Below are positions 13,414 to 15,155 of a stretch of 15,155 nt of DNA, piece after piece (within the stretch, counting starts at the first letter, position 1; each line of letters begins with the position of its first letter). Both the position numbers and the translations under genes were made by a program. The stretch comes from a virus. Under the pieces are notes generated by a model that worked only from the letters and a program-made list of their open reading frames with translations, was not told the DNA's origin and did no database searches. The DNA lies in the UHGV virus genome UHGV-0151496. One strand, written 5' to 3'.

Positions 13414-15155
13414 CAGAACTCAATCACCCGCATTCCTGTAGCACCGTCCTCCTCACCCAGCGGCTCGTTAATGACGGCAAGCATGGTTGCCCACGCGAGG
13501 TCGCCGTGGTTCACGCCGCGTGTGCGGTCTGTTTCATAAGTTATTGCCCCACCCGCCGTTTTTGCCTTGCGCACAGCGTTGAATGCCCTGACCAGCTCAC
13601 GTTCGCCCCGGTCATACTCCCAGCGCCCCGCACGAATAATCTGCAACATCTTCAGCACAAGCGCGCGTTTGGATGCCAGTGTGAACGTGTACGGCACGGC
13701 GGCAGGCCAGAACCGCCGCACTATCTGGTACACTGCCTCACCGTTACCGCCGGTCACGTCGATACCAATGTGCTGGACGTTGTATTTGTGCGTGAACTGC
13801 TCAATCACACGGGCCTGCTCTTCAAATTCCAGCCCCTGCACCTGTAACGTCTCCACCGTGCGGAATTTGCCGCCCCTGACAGCAGGCGGAACAACAACAG
13901 ACAGCGCCCCGCTGTCGCCGTTACCGCTGCTGCCGTTAGCGTCGTAGCCAATCCACACCGGACGATTACCCACCGGACGTGCTGCGAACGGTTTCCAGTC
14001 ATTCCACTCATCATAGCCGTCCACACCACAGCCCAGCAGGGCATTAAGGTCGAAGGCGGATTCGCCGTCGCTGACAAACTCGCACATGTAGAGATTGCGG
14101 AACTCATCCGGCGAGTTCATGTTGCGGATTTTGTCGATACTGGTGAGTGACCAGCCCAGGTCCACCGCATCCTGAATCGTCACGATTTGTCGCCACGCGC
14201 TGTCGGGGCACAGCCCCCCACTCTTCAGAGCATGATGGGACACATCAATCTCCCGGCGCTCACTGCGTGGTCGCCCGGCATTCCACCGCGCGCCGTTCCA
14301 GAACTGAAACGCCTCGTGCATCTCCGATGACGGCGTGGAAAAGTAGGTCTGCGTCAGGCCATTCAGCGTGGCCATCGCGCCTGCGACCTTGCGCAGCGTG
14401 ATGAAGTTCGACACCCAGAAAAATTCGTCAAAATACAGATTGCCCGTGTATGACTGTGCACTCGCGGCGGATGTCCCCAGAAAATGCAGTTCCGCGCCGT
14501 TAGAAAGCACGATTTTGTCACCGCCTTTCAGCTCGACGTCCACCGCCTGTGCCGCCTTCTGAATCACGCCTTTAAACTGAAAAGCCTGACGGCGCGAGGC
14601 TGACAAAAAAATCTGGTTTCGCTGGTACGGATATTTCACGCGCTCATCCAGCGCCCGCAGCAGTGCCTCCTGCGCAAAATACCAGGTCGCGCCTATCTGT
14701 CGGGATTTCACAATGATGCGAATATCAACACCGGCACGACGGCAGACGTCCAGTGCCTCATACCAGCGTCGCTGATGCTCTGCCAGTTGACCGGTGATGT
14801 GTTCGCGCAGTGCGGCAACCTGCGATTCGGAAAAATGGTTTTTCAGCTTTCGTTTTCGCGGGCTTTTTTCCGCGCCGCCCCTGTTGTCATTCAGTTTTGC
14901 GAGCTGGCGTGTCAGCAGGTCGATTTCCTTAAAATCACCGCCGCTCTTTTCAGCTTTTGAGGTCAGCTGAACCAGTCGCGCATCAATCGACTGCGTGACC
15001 CGCTCCACGGGCGGCGTCTCATCCCATCCGTCGCGCTTTTTCCACGAATAAATCGTGTTCTGACTGATACCCATCAGCCGCGATATTTCAGCGGGCGGAT
15101 AACCCTGCCAGTAAAGCTGTTTTGCCCGCAGCCTGATGAATGCGTCCTGAATCAT
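13413..15155 (-). CDS. P: Terminase large (ATPase) subunit, P2 gpP-like
   Basis: 580 aa. N-terminal HTH-like region (QGYPPAEISRLMGISQNTIYSWKKRDGWDE) typical of gpP-type terminases; Walker-A-like region (IVKSRQIGATWY). Start codon is the last 3 nt of the window, so an upstream start cannot be excluded. Confidence 0.85.
   Translation of the reverse strand: MIQDAFIRLRAKQLYWQGYPPAEISRLMGISQNTIYSWKKRDGWDETPPVERVTQSIDARLVQLTSKAEKSGGDFKEIDLLTRQLAKLNDNRGGAEKSPRKRKLKNHFSESQVAALREHITGQLAEHQRRWYEALDVCRRAGVDIRIIVKSRQIGATWYFAQEALLRALDERVKYPYQRNQIFLSASRRQAFQFKGVIQKAAQAVDVELKGGDKIVLSNGAELHFLGTSAASAQSYTGNLYFDEFFWVSNFITLRKVAGAMATLNGLTQTYFSTPSSEMHEAFQFWNGARWNAGRPRSERREIDVSHHALKSGGLCPDSAWRQIVTIQDAVDLGWSLTSIDKIRNMNSPDEFRNLYMCEFVSDGESAFDLNALLGCGVDGYDEWNDWKPFAARPVGNRPVWIGYDANGSSGNGDSGALSVVVPPAVRGGKFRTVETLQVQGLEFEEQARVIEQFTHKYNVQHIGIDVTGGNGEAVYQIVRRFWPAAVPYTFTLASKRALVLKMLQIIRAGRWEYDRGERELVRAFNAVRKAKTAGGAITYETDRTRGVNHGDLAWATMLAVINEPLGEEDGATGMRVIEF

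Larger units (their letters stand above)
1..15155. mobile_element. Segment of an integrated P2-like prophage (immunity region, early replication operon, cargo hotspot, packaging genes)
   Basis: Gene order and orientation int(-), C(-), cox(+), A(+), variable region, Q(-), P(-) matches the P2 prophage map (established knowledge). Int, Cox, gpA (HUH + YxxxY), portal and terminase ATPase products recognised by eye. Confidence 0.9.

Overview
The window reads as the early/immunity arm and packaging junction of an integrated P2-like (Peduovirus-type) prophage of an enterobacterium. In order: tyrosine integrase (-), a C-type repressor with two tandem HTH modules (-), a divergent operator region with four phased 10-bp repeats, a Cox-like excisionase/regulator (+), a tightly packed early operon of about ten small ORFs of unknown function with repeated ATGA stop/start overlaps (+), a rolling-circle replication initiator of the P2 gpA type with HUH and YxxxY motifs (+), a plasmid-type ParM/ParR actin-like partition pair (+), an AT-rich cargo island, a repeat-rich non-coding stretch where cos is expected, then portal gpQ (-) and terminase ATPase gpP (-). 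The most interesting element is the AT-rich island: a two-gene operon encoding a fused XRE-HTH + ImmA/IrrE (HExxH) metallopeptidase and a PIN-domain nuclease, sitting in the gene-A-to-portal interval where P2-like phages carry variable cargo such as tin/old. I propose it as a candidate protease-controlled toxin or abortive-infection module. All calls are from reading the sequence and recalled family signatures; no database search was run. attL is not visible (the window starts at the integrase stop codon), and no tRNA, rRNA or CRISPR array was recognised.
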